DNA from: Pseudomonadales bacterium
GTDB taxonomy: Bacteria; Pseudomonadota; Gammaproteobacteria; Pseudomonadales; UBA7434
Assembly: GCA_965659815.1 (NCBI GenBank)
Contig: CBFHXO010000003.1
Span: forward strand, 3,520 to 67,519
Direction: 5' to 3'
Length of the DNA: 64,000 bases
Part shown: piece after piece, positions 30,072-39,168 of the stretch
Numbering within the stretch: position 1 is the first letter of the stretch
How the letters are laid out: each line of letters opens with the position of its first letter
Translations under genes and position numbers: made by a program
Notes under the pieces: generated by a model
Told to the model about the DNA's origin: nothing
Databases searched by the model: none
The model's input: only the letters and a program-made list of their open reading frames with translations

Positions 30072-32351
30072 TCAGTCCTTATCGGTTTTAATTAGCAACG
30101 CTGGCAAAAAGAACAGGTCAGCAATCATTGCCGTTGCGATACATACCACCGACAAGGCATACATTTGTACATTCATACGCAGCTCAGCAGTAAATACCGG
30201 AATCATATAGCCAATACAAAGTACCAAGCTGGTAATAATAATTGCCCGCCCTACCAGCGAATAGGTTTCGTGTACCGCTGCCTGTGGTGACAAGCCACCA
30301 TCGATACGCAGCCTGCGATAGCTGACCACAAAATGAATGGTGTCATCCACCACCACGCCCAGCGTCATGCTAAATATCATTGCTGTACCCAGATCAATTT
30401 CACCTATCAATAAACCGCAAATACCAAAAGCCACTATCGCCGGCAACAGATTGGGTATCATACACAGCATACCCAGGCGTACCGATCGAAACGCAATAAT
30501 CATACTGATACACACAAAGGCCGCGACAAACAGGCAACCCCATAGCATGCTGACAATATTTGACTGTGCAACATAACCCATCATTAACGGCGGGCTTGAA
30601 CTTTCAAAATCGACAATACCGGGTTTAAGCGTTTCGAGTTTTTCAAGCACCCGCTGGTTAAACGCCAGCAAATCTGTGCTGCTTAGCATTTTCAGCATAA
30701 CTGTAATACGCAATGCGCTTTTATCGATATTAATATTGTCTTGTAAATCCAGCTCTTCAGGAATACTGGACTCGTACACCAGCAGGTATTCTGCCACCGC
30801 GCGACGTTCATCGGGGATGCGATAATAGGCTTGCTCATCGCCATGCATGGTTTTATTCAGCCGTTTAATTACCTGATGAAAACCGCTGACTTTTAATACC
30901 TCAGGTTGGGTTTCCACCCAGCTCACAAAGCCATCTACCGTCTGCAAAAACTCCGGGTCGACGATTTCACCCGGACCGCTGGCTCTAACCAGAAAATCAA
31001 TCATTTCGGTGCCCGATAATTCCTCATCGAGAAACTCGGTGGCCACCCTGATAGGTGCATCTTCGTGAAAGGCCGACATAGAATGATGGTTAGGCGAATT
31101 CAGCAATGCCGATGGCACCATAATCGCAATAACCAGCCAGCCAATAGGTAAGTACCATTGCGAATGCGACTTAAACAATCGCTGCGACAAACCAACCAGA
31201 CCAGCGACCGGTGGCCGCGTAACTTTTTTTGCCGGCAGCAGCAACATTATTGCCGGGATAATAGTGATCGAACACAAAAAGGCAAACATCACGCCAAACG
31301 CCGTTGCATTACCAAATTCACGCAGCGGCGGCGACTCGGCAAAATTCATTGCCATAAAACCTGCAGCGGTGGTAATACTGGTAATAAACAGTGCCTCAAT
31401 GTTCTTGGTTAAACTGTCGTGCATGGCACTGAATTTATCCATACCCATATTCAGCCGACTAAAGTAGGCCGACAATATATGCACGCAATCAAGAATCGCC
31501 ATCATATAAACAATATACGGCGTACTCAGATTTATACCGTTGAAATCGGTATAAACCATACCTAAAAACCCGGTTGCCGCGGCAACGCTGGTGAGCATAA
31601 TGGCAAGGCCCGCAACCACTGCAGCAATGGAACGTAAAAAAAACGCCAGCAATACCAGCAGGCAAATAAACATGCGCAGCTCAACATTCACCGCGTCGCG
31701 TTCAGCAATTTCAGTAATGCTGGCATCTACCGCAAGCTGACCGCTAATTTGTACTTTAAACCCCGAATAAAGCGACTGAAATTCCTCAACCAGTTCACGA
31801 CTCGCCACCATAACCGCAGGTTTTTCGTGCTGCTGGTCTTCGGCAATATCGAGGTAAACAATAACCAGCGCTATATCGCCTCTATCGTTAATCAGCCGGT
31901 CAACCAGCTCCGGCTCATTGAGTACGATATCGCGGGCATGGGCCACCTGCTGATCGCTATACTCAGCAGGAAAGTCAAAAAGATCTTCAACCCATAAGTC
32001 GTCACCCTCAGCCGAGGTGTGCTGGTGATTGGCTACCGAAACAACACGTGTGGCAAACGGCAAGCGCCACGCTCGTTCGTTAAACCACTGAATGCCATCC
32101 ATCTTTTTTTGGCTAAATAAATCGTCCCGCTCCGACTCTAATACAAAAATTTGCGTGTAAGACTGGGTGAACTCTTTCTCCATCGACTCATAGGCCACCA
32201 GCAACGGGTCATCGTCGTCAAAGAAAATTCGAAAGTCGGCACTAAAGCCAAAACTGCCCATGGCCGAGGTCAACCAGGCAGCAATGGCAATTAAAATAAT
32301 ACTTAGCAAATAGCGCCAGCGCAGCAGTTGGGTGGCCAGTGTTTGTGTCAT
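30072..32351 (-). CDS. RND-superfamily exporter, MMPL/HpnN-like (12 TM, two periplasmic loops)
   Basis: 759 aa. It has two blocks of about 5-6 hydrophobic helices, each preceded by a large soluble loop. The N-terminus LLRWRYLLSIILIAIAAWL is typical of MMPL-type exporters. Confidence 0.85.
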   Translation of the reverse strand: MTQTLATQLLRWRYLLSIILIAIAAWLTSAMGSFGFSADFRIFFDDDDPLLVAYESMEKEFTQSYTQIFVLESERDDLFSQKKMDGIQWFNERAWRLPFATRVVSVANHQHTSAEGDDLWVEDLFDFPAEYSDQQVAHARDIVLNEPELVDRLINDRGDIALVIVYLDIAEDQQHEKPAVMVASRELVEEFQSLYSGFKVQISGQLAVDASITEIAERDAVNVELRMFICLLVLLAFFLRSIAAVVAGLAIMLTSVAAATGFLGMVYTDFNGINLSTPYIVYMMAILDCVHILSAYFSRLNMGMDKFSAMHDSLTKNIEALFITSITTAAGFMAMNFAESPPLREFGNATAFGVMFAFLCSITIIPAIMLLLPAKKVTRPPVAGLVGLSQRLFKSHSQWYLPIGWLVIAIMVPSALLNSPNHHSMSAFHEDAPIRVATEFLDEELSGTEMIDFLVRASGPGEIVDPEFLQTVDGFVSWVETQPEVLKVSGFHQVIKRLNKTMHGDEQAYYRIPDERRAVAEYLLVYESSIPEELDLQDNINIDKSALRITVMLKMLSSTDLLAFNQRVLEKLETLKPGIVDFESSSPPLMMGYVAQSNIVSMLWGCLFVAAFVCISMIIAFRSVRLGMLCMIPNLLPAIVAFGICGLLIGEIDLGTAMIFSMTLGVVVDDTIHFVVSYRRLRIDGGLSPQAAVHETYSLVGRAIIITSLVLCIGYMIPVFTAELRMNVQMYALSVVCIATAMIADLFFLPALLIKTDKD

Positions 32352-32408
32352 TATACGAGTCGCCTGAATAGTGAAGTTATGAGTCGGCTTTGTTCGCGTA
32401 TCGTGCCG

Positions 32409-33176
32409 TTAAATGGTATGCGGGTTAACCATAATGCCGCCGTCGACATCAAGCGTTGTGCCAGTAATAAACGACGCACGGTCAGATACCAGATAACACA
32501 CCGCATCGGCAACTTCTTCGGGCTCACCCAGGCGACGCATAGCATGGACGCCGGCGGTGTTAGCTTCTGCACCGGGCACTTTTTCAAAGTACCGCTTGAT
32601 ACCCTCGGTGCGAATACCGCCAGGGTTAATGGCATTAATCCGAATACCATCGCGCGCCCACTCGGCAGCAGCGGTACGGGTTAAAGCAATAACCCCGCCC
32701 TTTGCCGCGCTATACGGCGACTGCATCGCTTCACCTCTCACGCCAGAGAGCGATGCCATATTGACAATGGCACCACCACCGGTTTTTAACATGACAGGGA
32801 TTTCATACTTTAAACACAGCCAAACGCCTTTTAGGCAGATTTCCTGAGTGCGGTCCCAGCGTGCTTCTTCCATATCCGGTAGCATCGCAAAGCTGGCACC
32901 ACCAGCAGCATTATTCGACACACAATCGAGCCGACCAAAATGTGCAACGGTAGCATCTACCATGGCTTCGACTTCACTGGCACTGGAAACATCGGCCTTA
33001 ATCGCAATCGCCTCGCCGCCCATCGCTTCAATTAAGCCAACTGTTTGCTCAGCCATCTCAAGGCGTATATCCGCCACTGCCACTTTGGCACCGTCTTTGG
33101 CAAAGGCAATACAAGTCGCCCGGCCAATACCATCACCACCACCGGTGACTAGACCAATTTTATTTTCTAACAGCAT
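32409..33176 (-). CDS. SDR family oxidoreductase
   Basis: 255 aa. TGGGDGIGRA, NNAG and YSAAK motifs. Confidence 0.9.
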   Translation of the reverse strand: MLLENKIGLVTGGGDGIGRATCIAFAKDGAKVAVADIRLEMAEQTVGLIEAMGGEAIAIKADVSSASEVEAMVDATVAHFGRLDCVSNNAAGGASFAMLPDMEEARWDRTQEICLKGVWLCLKYEIPVMLKTGGGAIVNMASLSGVRGEAMQSPYSAAKGGVIALTRTAAAEWARDGIRINAINPGGIRTEGIKRYFEKVPGAEANTAGVHAMRRLGEPEEVADAVCYLVSDRASFITGTTLDVDGGIMVNPHTI

Positions 33177-33210
33177 AAAAACCCCGGTTGATAATGGCTA
33201 CACTTCAACA

Positions 33211-33741
33211 CTATTGACTGATCGAATGCTCGACAAAGATGAGCTCGCTAATATCAAAGCCCCTGGCTTTGACCTGACGGATAAAATACTCTTTTAACTC
33301 TTCACTCACCGTAGGCGTGCGAGATAAAAACCATAAAAATTCTTTGTTATAACTGGTGACAAATGCATATTGATAGTCTCGCTTATCGAGCTCAAAAATA
33401 ATGTATGACCCATAAAATGGGCCAAAAAACGAAACCTTTAAATGCCCTGTACTTTTATCACCAACAAAATACGCTTTGCCTTGTGCGCTATCCCAACCCT
33501 TACGGTTTGAATAGCCCCGATTAAGCACGCTTACACCGCCATCATCCCGGCGCTGGTAATCTGCGGCAACCTGTGACAGCCCAGATTCGAACGAATGATC
33601 CAATCGCGCAATCTCGTACCATTTGCCTAGATAGCGTTCAAGCTCAAAGTCCTGTACCGGATCAATATTCCTGGGTACACCAGTACAACCGCCAAGCCAA
33701 AACAAAATAACGACTAAGGTTAGGCGTATAGACAATTCCAT
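33211..33741 (-). CDS. blc: Outer-membrane lipocalin Blc
   Basis: 176 aa. Lipobox LGGC and the lipocalin signature YLGKWYEIARLDHSFE. Confidence 0.88.
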   Translation of the reverse strand: MELSIRLTLVVILFWLGGCTGVPRNIDPVQDFELERYLGKWYEIARLDHSFESGLSQVAADYQRRDDGGVSVLNRGYSNRKGWDSAQGKAYFVGDKSTGHLKVSFFGPFYGSYIIFELDKRDYQYAFVTSYNKEFLWFLSRTPTVSEELKEYFIRQVKARGFDISELIFVEHSISQ

Positions 33742-33869
33742 GGAAGTACCGTAGACATCAACATTACATTAGTTTTAAACCCAGCTAGTGTAACCGATAT
33801 AAAATTCGATTCGATTGACAATAACGTCCGCCTCCTAGGCGTAACCTTAATCTCAGGCATCACACCACC

Positions 33870-34691
33870 ATGAACCTGGAAAATATCGCTCTCATTACCA
33901 TGCTAAGCCTGTTTGTACTGGAGGTGCTACGGGGCACCTATGCCCACAGCAAGGTATCGCTAAATGACTGGGTTATTAATGTGATTAGCCTGGCCCAGGA
34001 AAACTTTATTCGCCCGCTGTTTGCACTGGCACTGGCCACTGCCGCCGCGTGGCTGCTACCCAGCCATCAAAATGCGTTGGCACATTTGCCTTTCTGGCCA
34101 ACCCTGATTGCGTTTTTATTTATTCAGGATTTTATTCACTACTGGTATCACCGCATCGCGCACGAATGGGAGCCGCTATGGAATATTCATCGCGTGCATC
34201 ACTCGGCTAAAGCCATGAGTGTTATGGTCAATAGCCGCATTAATGTGTTCTGGCAATTATTAATGCCGGTTAATTATGTATCGGCGGTGGCAATTTATAT
34301 GGGCTTGCTGGATGTATTTTTGGTTTGGTGGGCGTTTCGTGCAGTGCTGAATTTCTTGACGCATACCGAAATTCGCTGGGATTTACCGCTATACAAAATC
34401 AAAGCATTAAAACCGCTGATTTGGGTGGTTGAGCATTTGATAACTACACCCGATGCTCATCACGCGCATCATGGCTTTGGCGAAAATGCTCAGCCTATGG
34501 GCAATTATGCGCCGGTCTTGCTGTTTTGGGATCATGTATTTGGCACCGCCAAATTACCGCATAGTCAGCAAACCGATATCGGCATCGAAGGCGACCCCGA
34601 CTATCTCTGGTACCAGCAACTTTGGTGGCCCATATTTTCGCTTAAGAAGAAACCTGCACCCACAACACAAGAGCCACGCACAAACCATTAG
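33870..34691 (+). CDS. Sterol desaturase / fatty-acid hydroxylase superfamily membrane protein
   Basis: 273 aa. Histidine boxes HYWYHRIAHE, HRVHHS and HHAHHG. Confidence 0.85.
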   Translation: MNLENIALITMLSLFVLEVLRGTYAHSKVSLNDWVINVISLAQENFIRPLFALALATAAAWLLPSHQNALAHLPFWPTLIAFLFIQDFIHYWYHRIAHEWEPLWNIHRVHHSAKAMSVMVNSRINVFWQLLMPVNYVSAVAIYMGLLDVFLVWWAFRAVLNFLTHTEIRWDLPLYKIKALKPLIWVVEHLITTPDAHHAHHGFGENAQPMGNYAPVLLFWDHVFGTAKLPHSQQTDIGIEGDPDYLWYQQLWWPIFSLKKKPAPTTQEPRTNH

Positions 34692-35095
34692 CCTAGCCGC
34701 AGAAAACTTTTCGACCCGAAGGTTTTCCAATGCGTCCAGCCATCGGATGCATAGAGAATGCCGGCGATTAGTACAAATTGCATCGGTATTCTCAGCCAGG
34801 CAATAACCGGATCTACCTGCTCACCAAACATCGGAATATTATTAACTGCCATATAGATGTTGGCTGTTAGCACTAACAGACAAAATACGCTTAACCATAA
34901 ACCCGTCGCAGCACGATAGCGCGGCAACAACAAGAATATTACAAAACAAAATTCCATCACACCGGTGATCCAAACAATTTCCAGCGCAAATGGCAGCGGC
35001 GTTATAGCAGCTAAATCGGCATCATGAGTAAAGTGCATTACCCCGCCTACGGTGAAACCAACACTAATCAGTATGAGCAGAAATAATTTAACCAT
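34688..35095 (-). CDS. Small integral membrane protein (about 4 TM; DoxX-like, tentative)
   Basis: 135 aa and strongly hydrophobic. Its stop is nested with the stop of the convergent gene (ttag at 34688-34691). Confidence 0.5.
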   Translation of the reverse strand: MVKLFLLILISVGFTVGGVMHFTHDADLAAITPLPFALEIVWITGVMEFCFVIFLLLPRYRAATGLWLSVFCLLVLTANIYMAVNNIPMFGEQVDPVIAWLRIPMQFVLIAGILYASDGWTHWKTFGSKSFLRLG

Positions 35096-35159
35096 TGTTA
35101 TTGCCTTATTTTTATCGTGACTGTTATCGCCTAACTTTTATCGCACTAATGTTATTACG

Positions 35160-35567
35160 CTATTTAACGGGCGGCCTGCTATCAGCCATTAAGGTATCGA
35201 GCGCACGCTGGGCGCGCCGGGGCGAACGTAAATCAACAACCTCAAGCATTTCGCATTCATCGCTAATCATTTCATCAATTAAGGTGGGGTAGAAGCGGCA
35301 GTCTTCCGGGCGGTCAGCATAAATACTGCAACTATACTTTACTTGACCCTGCTGTTGCTCGCTCTGCGACTCCTGCAACCAGGGGCAGCGTGCCAGCGCC
35401 TCGCCACTGACAGGGTCATACCAAAGACGATTGTCTTTCACATAGGCATAAATATCGGGGCGGTAGTACGCCCAGCTTTCAAGATCGTGCTCGCTCGCCG
35501 ATAAGTCATTGCCACCATAGCGAATACAACACTTGCCGCATTGATTGCAGGGTTTCATTATGTGCAC
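35160..35567 (-). CDS. YkgJ-family (UPF0153) cysteine-cluster protein
   Basis: 135 aa with an N-terminal CNQCGKCC motif. Confidence 0.78.
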   Translation of the reverse strand: MHIMKPCNQCGKCCIRYGGNDLSASEHDLESWAYYRPDIYAYVKDNRLWYDPVSGEALARCPWLQESQSEQQQGQVKYSCSIYADRPEDCRFYPTLIDEMISDECEMLEVVDLRSPRRAQRALDTLMADSRPPVK

Positions 35568-35745
35568 GCCCAGCCTTACATTAAAACGAATAATTGAATT
35601 AAATCGTTAAATCGAAATAGCCGCTAGAATATCAGCGTGTTACGGCAAACAGCAAACCTTAAAAAACCAACCGCAACACACAAAAGGGGTTGACCTTTAC
35701 CCTGCGATAAAATAACGTAGTAACTGAACTTATCACCGGCTTGCG

Positions 35746-35757
35746 GTCAATATTGAC
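35746..35757. promoter_or_regulatory. Perfect 12-bp palindrome GTCAATATTGAC upstream of the metal-handling operon
   Basis: Seen directly. It lies about 70 nt upstream of the first candidate start (35827). A TTGACC -35-like hexamer sits at about 35689. Confidence 0.3.
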
Positions 35758-35826
35758 TATGCGACAACTAACAACACATATCCGGCAGGTAAACGGCCAC
35801 AGGCAGCCAATAGTGGTTGCGCTGTA

Positions 35827-36171
35827 TTGTTCATGTTTTTAGCAAGCACTTCTGTGAGCGCATCACTGTGCTGCATTGATATCAAATCAGACATCGATTC
35901 AAGCCCAACCACCGTGGAGCTTGCCGACCCACCCTGCCACGGCAAAGCTTCTGACGCTAATTCAAATAACATCGCCAACCCCGACCAGAAAGACATCGCA
36001 AATACCGAGAACGGGCAATGCTGTGCCAGCTGTTTGCTACTTGCTGCACCACTATTTTTTATTGATACTCCCAGCGGCCACGCAGGCGCTGATATTAACA
36101 CCTCAATCGCTCAACTGATATCCAAGCATCCTGTCCAACCCTTCAGGCCCCCCATCACCAACCTTGCTTAG
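35827..36171 (+). CDS. Small Cys/His-containing protein, DUF2946/CopL-like (tentative)
   Basis: 114 aa with a TTG start (an ATG lies at 35833). It contains PPCHG and QCCASC and ends ..PFRPPI. It is co-directional with the downstream metal genes and competes with an antisense ORF at 35757..36101. Confidence 0.35.
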   Translation: MFMFLASTSVSASLCCIDIKSDIDSSPTTVELADPPCHGKASDANSNNIANPDQKDIANTENGQCCASCLLLAAPLFFIDTPSGHAGADINTSIAQLISKHPVQPFRPPITNLA

Positions 36172-36217
36172 ACAATTTTGCATCTGCAAATTTATTATTT
36201 AACAGCAAGGTGATTCT

Positions 36218-36553
36218 ATGTTTAAACGTTTATTTACGTTAGCGCTACTTCAGCTAGCGCTAATGACCCCCGTATCGGCGGCACAATTTGCCGTTTATGT
36301 TCACGGCATTGTTTGCGAGTTTTGCTCTTACGGCGTTGCTAAAAAAGTAAGAAAACTCAACTTTATCGACCACACCCAGCTGGACAACGGTGTCGACGTA
36401 AAAATCGAAAACCAAATGGTGACTATTGCGGTCCGCGACAATGCAAAACTGGACAAACAAGCCCTGTTTAAAGCTATTGAATCTGGCGGCTATAAACCCG
36501 TGTCGTTATGGAAAATCAATGCTAATGGCGAACATGTAGAGGTAGAGCTATGA
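36218..36553 (+). CDS. Periplasmic heavy-metal-associated (HMA) domain protein, MerP-like
   Basis: 111 aa. Signal peptide MFKRLFTLALLQLALMTPVSAA. Metal motif HGIVCEFCSYG (CxxC). Its stop overlaps the next start (ATGA). Confidence 0.72.
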   Translation: MFKRLFTLALLQLALMTPVSAAQFAVYVHGIVCEFCSYGVAKKVRKLNFIDHTQLDNGVDVKIENQMVTIAVRDNAKLDKQALFKAIESGGYKPVSLWKINANGEHVEVEL

Positions 36554-37275
36554 CTTATTTTTTATCGAGCTCTATCTTGTGTAAAACACGCACTACATGT
36601 ATCGCTATCTTACTTATGCTGCTGTGTGAGTTGGTGGCAGCCCACCAGCCGGTCATGGATATGGCACCGCGCTGGAACAATGGCTATGGCTTTCAAACCC
36701 GTATTGAACATACTGACAACAAAACCACTAGCTGGCTCGAGGGCGTCTATACCTTTACATCCTCAGTGAGAGTAACGCTAAAGTTACCAAACATTGAAAG
36801 CCACAGCGATCGATACGACAGCGGTTCTGGCAATGCGATTATTGCAGTACCGCTTAAACACTATAAAAATGACGGTGCGTTCACCTCCAACTGGAGCATT
36901 ACACCTTCGCTCAGAATGCCGACCGGCAGTAGCACCAGCGAAGATAACGACTGGGACGCTGGACTCAGTGTAAGCTATAGTTCCGAGTCGAAAAAGATCT
37001 ATACGCTTTACGATGTCTATGCACTCGATGACACTCTCGGCGTCGATATTAACTGGGGGGTTTCCTATGCGGATGACCGCGGCTCGTCCTGGTTTACGTT
37101 ATGGGATATTTCAGCGCAAGAATCCGACTCCGGCCAACGAATACTTACCGGCCCGGTATTAGTTTATTTTAAGCGCAATATCATTGCCCGGGCAGAATAT
37201 AAGTTCGCAGCACTAGACAACGACAAAGACTGGCGCGGCGACTCAATCACCCTCGGTATTGGGCTGGTATTTTAG
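36550..37275 (+). CDS. Putative small outer-membrane beta-barrel channel
   Basis: 241 aa. The signal peptide ends LVAA|HQP. Alternating strands are present, and the C-terminus ITLGIGLVF (terminal Phe) is typical of an OMP beta-signal. Confidence 0.5.
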   Translation: MTYFLSSSILCKTRTTCIAILLMLLCELVAAHQPVMDMAPRWNNGYGFQTRIEHTDNKTTSWLEGVYTFTSSVRVTLKLPNIESHSDRYDSGSGNAIIAVPLKHYKNDGAFTSNWSITPSLRMPTGSSTSEDNDWDAGLSVSYSSESKKIYTLYDVYALDDTLGVDINWGVSYADDRGSSWFTLWDISAQESDSGQRILTGPVLVYFKRNIIARAEYKFAALDNDKDWRGDSITLGIGLVF

Positions 37276-37652
37276 TGGAGCGCACTATGCAAAAACCTCG
37301 TTCATGGCGCTGGTTACTATTACTAACGACCTCCGGCACATTATTATGCTGCGCACTGCCAATTGCACTGGTCACGCTAGGCTTAGGTGCGACCGTAGCA
37401 AGTATTGCAGCGGCAGCACCCTGGTTAATTGCGTTGAGCCAGCACAAGCTGTGGCTATTTATTTTTTCGGGCCTGCTGATTGCAGCTGCGCACTGGGCGG
37501 TTTATCGCCCTGGGCGCAGCTGTCCAATCGACCCTGAGTTGGCTGCGGCCTGTGAGCGTGCCGATAGAATCAATCGTCGGTTTATTATTGTTTCAGCCGC
37601 GCTTTGGCTTACCGGATTTCTGACCGCTTATGCGTTGCCACTACTACAGTAA
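37275..37652 (+). CDS. MerT/MerC-like inner-membrane protein with a vicinal Cys pair
   Basis: 125 aa (GTG at 37275 or ATG at 37287). The first TM carries LLCCALP, as in mercuric transporters. A second Cys pair, CPIDPELAAAC, lies in a loop. About 3 TM helices. Confidence 0.5.
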   Translation: MERTMQKPRSWRWLLLLTTSGTLLCCALPIALVTLGLGATVASIAAAAPWLIALSQHKLWLFIFSGLLIAAAHWAVYRPGRSCPIDPELAAACERADRINRRFIIVSAALWLTGFLTAYALPLLQ

Positions 37653-37699
37653 ATTTACGTCGATACAAGCCAGAGCACTCATTAGCTCACGGATACACC

Positions 37700-38240
37700 A
37701 TGATTAATACCTCACTCACTGAAACACTCACCGCTTTTAGCGCACAAATAGCCGGGGTATGCCCGCCGATATGCAAAACCAATTGCAGTCTGCGATTGAT
37801 CGCTTAGTTGCTAGCGTTGTTGCCAAACGCACGCTGGGCGTTGACGCTCACTTTCCCTGACTTCAACTAAAGCGATGCTACCGGCAACGCTGTATCGCTT
37901 AATGAACTGCTGACCAATGGGCCGTTACTCATAGACTTTTATCGCGGTGGCTGATGCCCTTATTGCAACTTTGAGCTTCAGGCCTACCAGAAATTACTAC
38001 CCGATATTACCGCGGTCGGCGGCCAGCTGGTCGCCATTTCTCCACAAAAAGCCGACGACTCGCTCGACACCCAACAAAAAACCAGGTCGAATTTGAAGTG
38101 CTAAGCGACCACAACAATCAGCTCGCCAACAAACTGGGCATTTGATATAAACACCAGCATTACGGATGCACGCAGCAAACCGCCAGACAATCTGTTTTCA
38201 TAGCAGCAATAAGATCGAACGGCATCAGATAAACCAATCT
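37700..38240 (+). pseudogene. Decayed AhpC/TSA (peroxiredoxin-like redoxin) gene
   Basis: Family-like reading is spread over several frames. Fragments: MINTSLTETLTAFSAQIAG / PADMQNQLQSAIDRLVASVVAKRTLGVDAHFP / FPDFN*SDATGNAVSLNELLTNGPLLIDFYRGG*CPYCNFELQAYQKLLPDITAVGGQLVAISPQ / QVEFEVLSDHNNQLANKLGI*. Stops: TAA at 37868, and TGA at 37952 where Trp of the WCPYC motif is expected. The 3' part is shortened, so the end coordinate is approximate. Confidence 0.6.
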
Positions 38241-38295
38241 ACTCAAAAACAAACGAGACACGAGCCTAAATGCAGCTGCACCGTGCACAAGCTTT

Positions 38296-39105
38296 CTATC
38301 GAGAAATTAGCAGATTAATAAATCCTTGATTGTCTGTATCGGCATCAGTTGCCAAAATCCACTGCTGCATTTCCTCATAGCTAATGGGTATGAGCGAATG
38401 ACCAATATGATCAATCAGTTGCATTGGTAAATCCAATCCGGCAACCAGGTCGAGTAAAGCCATACCACTGGAACCAGCCTGGCGTAAGCTGAACGGCGTA
38501 AACTCAAGAATGATTTTGATATCGGGCAAGCTGGCCTTCAGCAGCGGTAACAGGCCAGCCATTACCACGGCCTCAGCACCCTGAGTATCGACCTTTAAAA
38601 AATCAATGCGACTGACCGGTGGCTCGCAGCCAGTTAAAAACTGCGCACCATTGAATAGTTGAATGTGCTGACTGGCCCTTGCCTGTGAATGACCAGACTG
38701 TTGATAGATTTGATGATCGCCACGATTTTCTTCGTTAAGATAAATATAACCCCCGCCCTTATGATCACTTAACGCGCCACGTACAGCAGTAACGTTACTT
38801 AGCGTATTCAACTCAACATTGTTTTTGAGCAAGGTGTAATTATCTTGCTCTGGCTCAAATGCAAATACCCGACCGCGATCACCAACCAGGCTTGAAGCAA
38901 TAATACTGTAGTAACCGATATTGGCGCCAACGTCGACAAATACGGCGCCAGGAAATAGATGCGCTAACAATAATTGGGTTTCGTACGACTCCCATTCACC
39001 GTGTTCTGCAATCTGTCGGGAGATATGCGCATCAGTTTTACTGTGCACACACATAGACAAAGGTTCAACCAAGCCTTTAACCTTTAAAGGATAAGGGCCC
39101 TGCAT
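38296..39105 (-). CDS. FkbM-family methyltransferase
   Basis: 269 aa. VFVDVGANIGYYS (SAM-binding) and FAFEPEQDNYTLLKNN. Confidence 0.82.
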   Translation of the reverse strand: MQGPYPLKVKGLVEPLSMCVHSKTDAHISRQIAEHGEWESYETQLLLAHLFPGAVFVDVGANIGYYSIIASSLVGDRGRVFAFEPEQDNYTLLKNNVELNTLSNVTAVRGALSDHKGGGYIYLNEENRGDHQIYQQSGHSQARASQHIQLFNGAQFLTGCEPPVSRIDFLKVDTQGAEAVVMAGLLPLLKASLPDIKIILEFTPFSLRQAGSSGMALLDLVAGLDLPMQLIDHIGHSLIPISYEEMQQWILATDADTDNQGFINLLISR

Positions 39106-39168
39106 TAAAACGCAAACAGCCCGAAGCGCAAAAGTTCCATACGATAAACTTCAACCAGTCGCTAGCGC

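Noticed and set aside
34688-34691. Nested stop codons of convergent genes (ttag: TAA on the minus strand, TAG on the plus strand).
   Set aside because: This is real but trivial. Convergent overlap of a few nucleotides is common, and no further signal was seen.
35757-36101. A 114-aa minus-strand ORF competing with the + strand Cys/His ORF at 35827..36171.
   Set aside because: It has no motifs and no partner genes in that orientation. The + ORF is co-directional with the metal operon and carries CHG and CCxxC features. Neither is certain, so the + call is given low confidence.
37952-37954. An in-frame TGA inside the redoxin active-site region, considered as possible selenocysteine or TGA-as-Trp recoding.
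   Set aside because: The TGA aligns with the Trp of WCPYC, not with a Cys, so Sec is not indicated. The same gene also carries a TAA and several frameshifts. Other genes in the window use TGG for Trp and TGA as a stop, so decay is the simpler reading.
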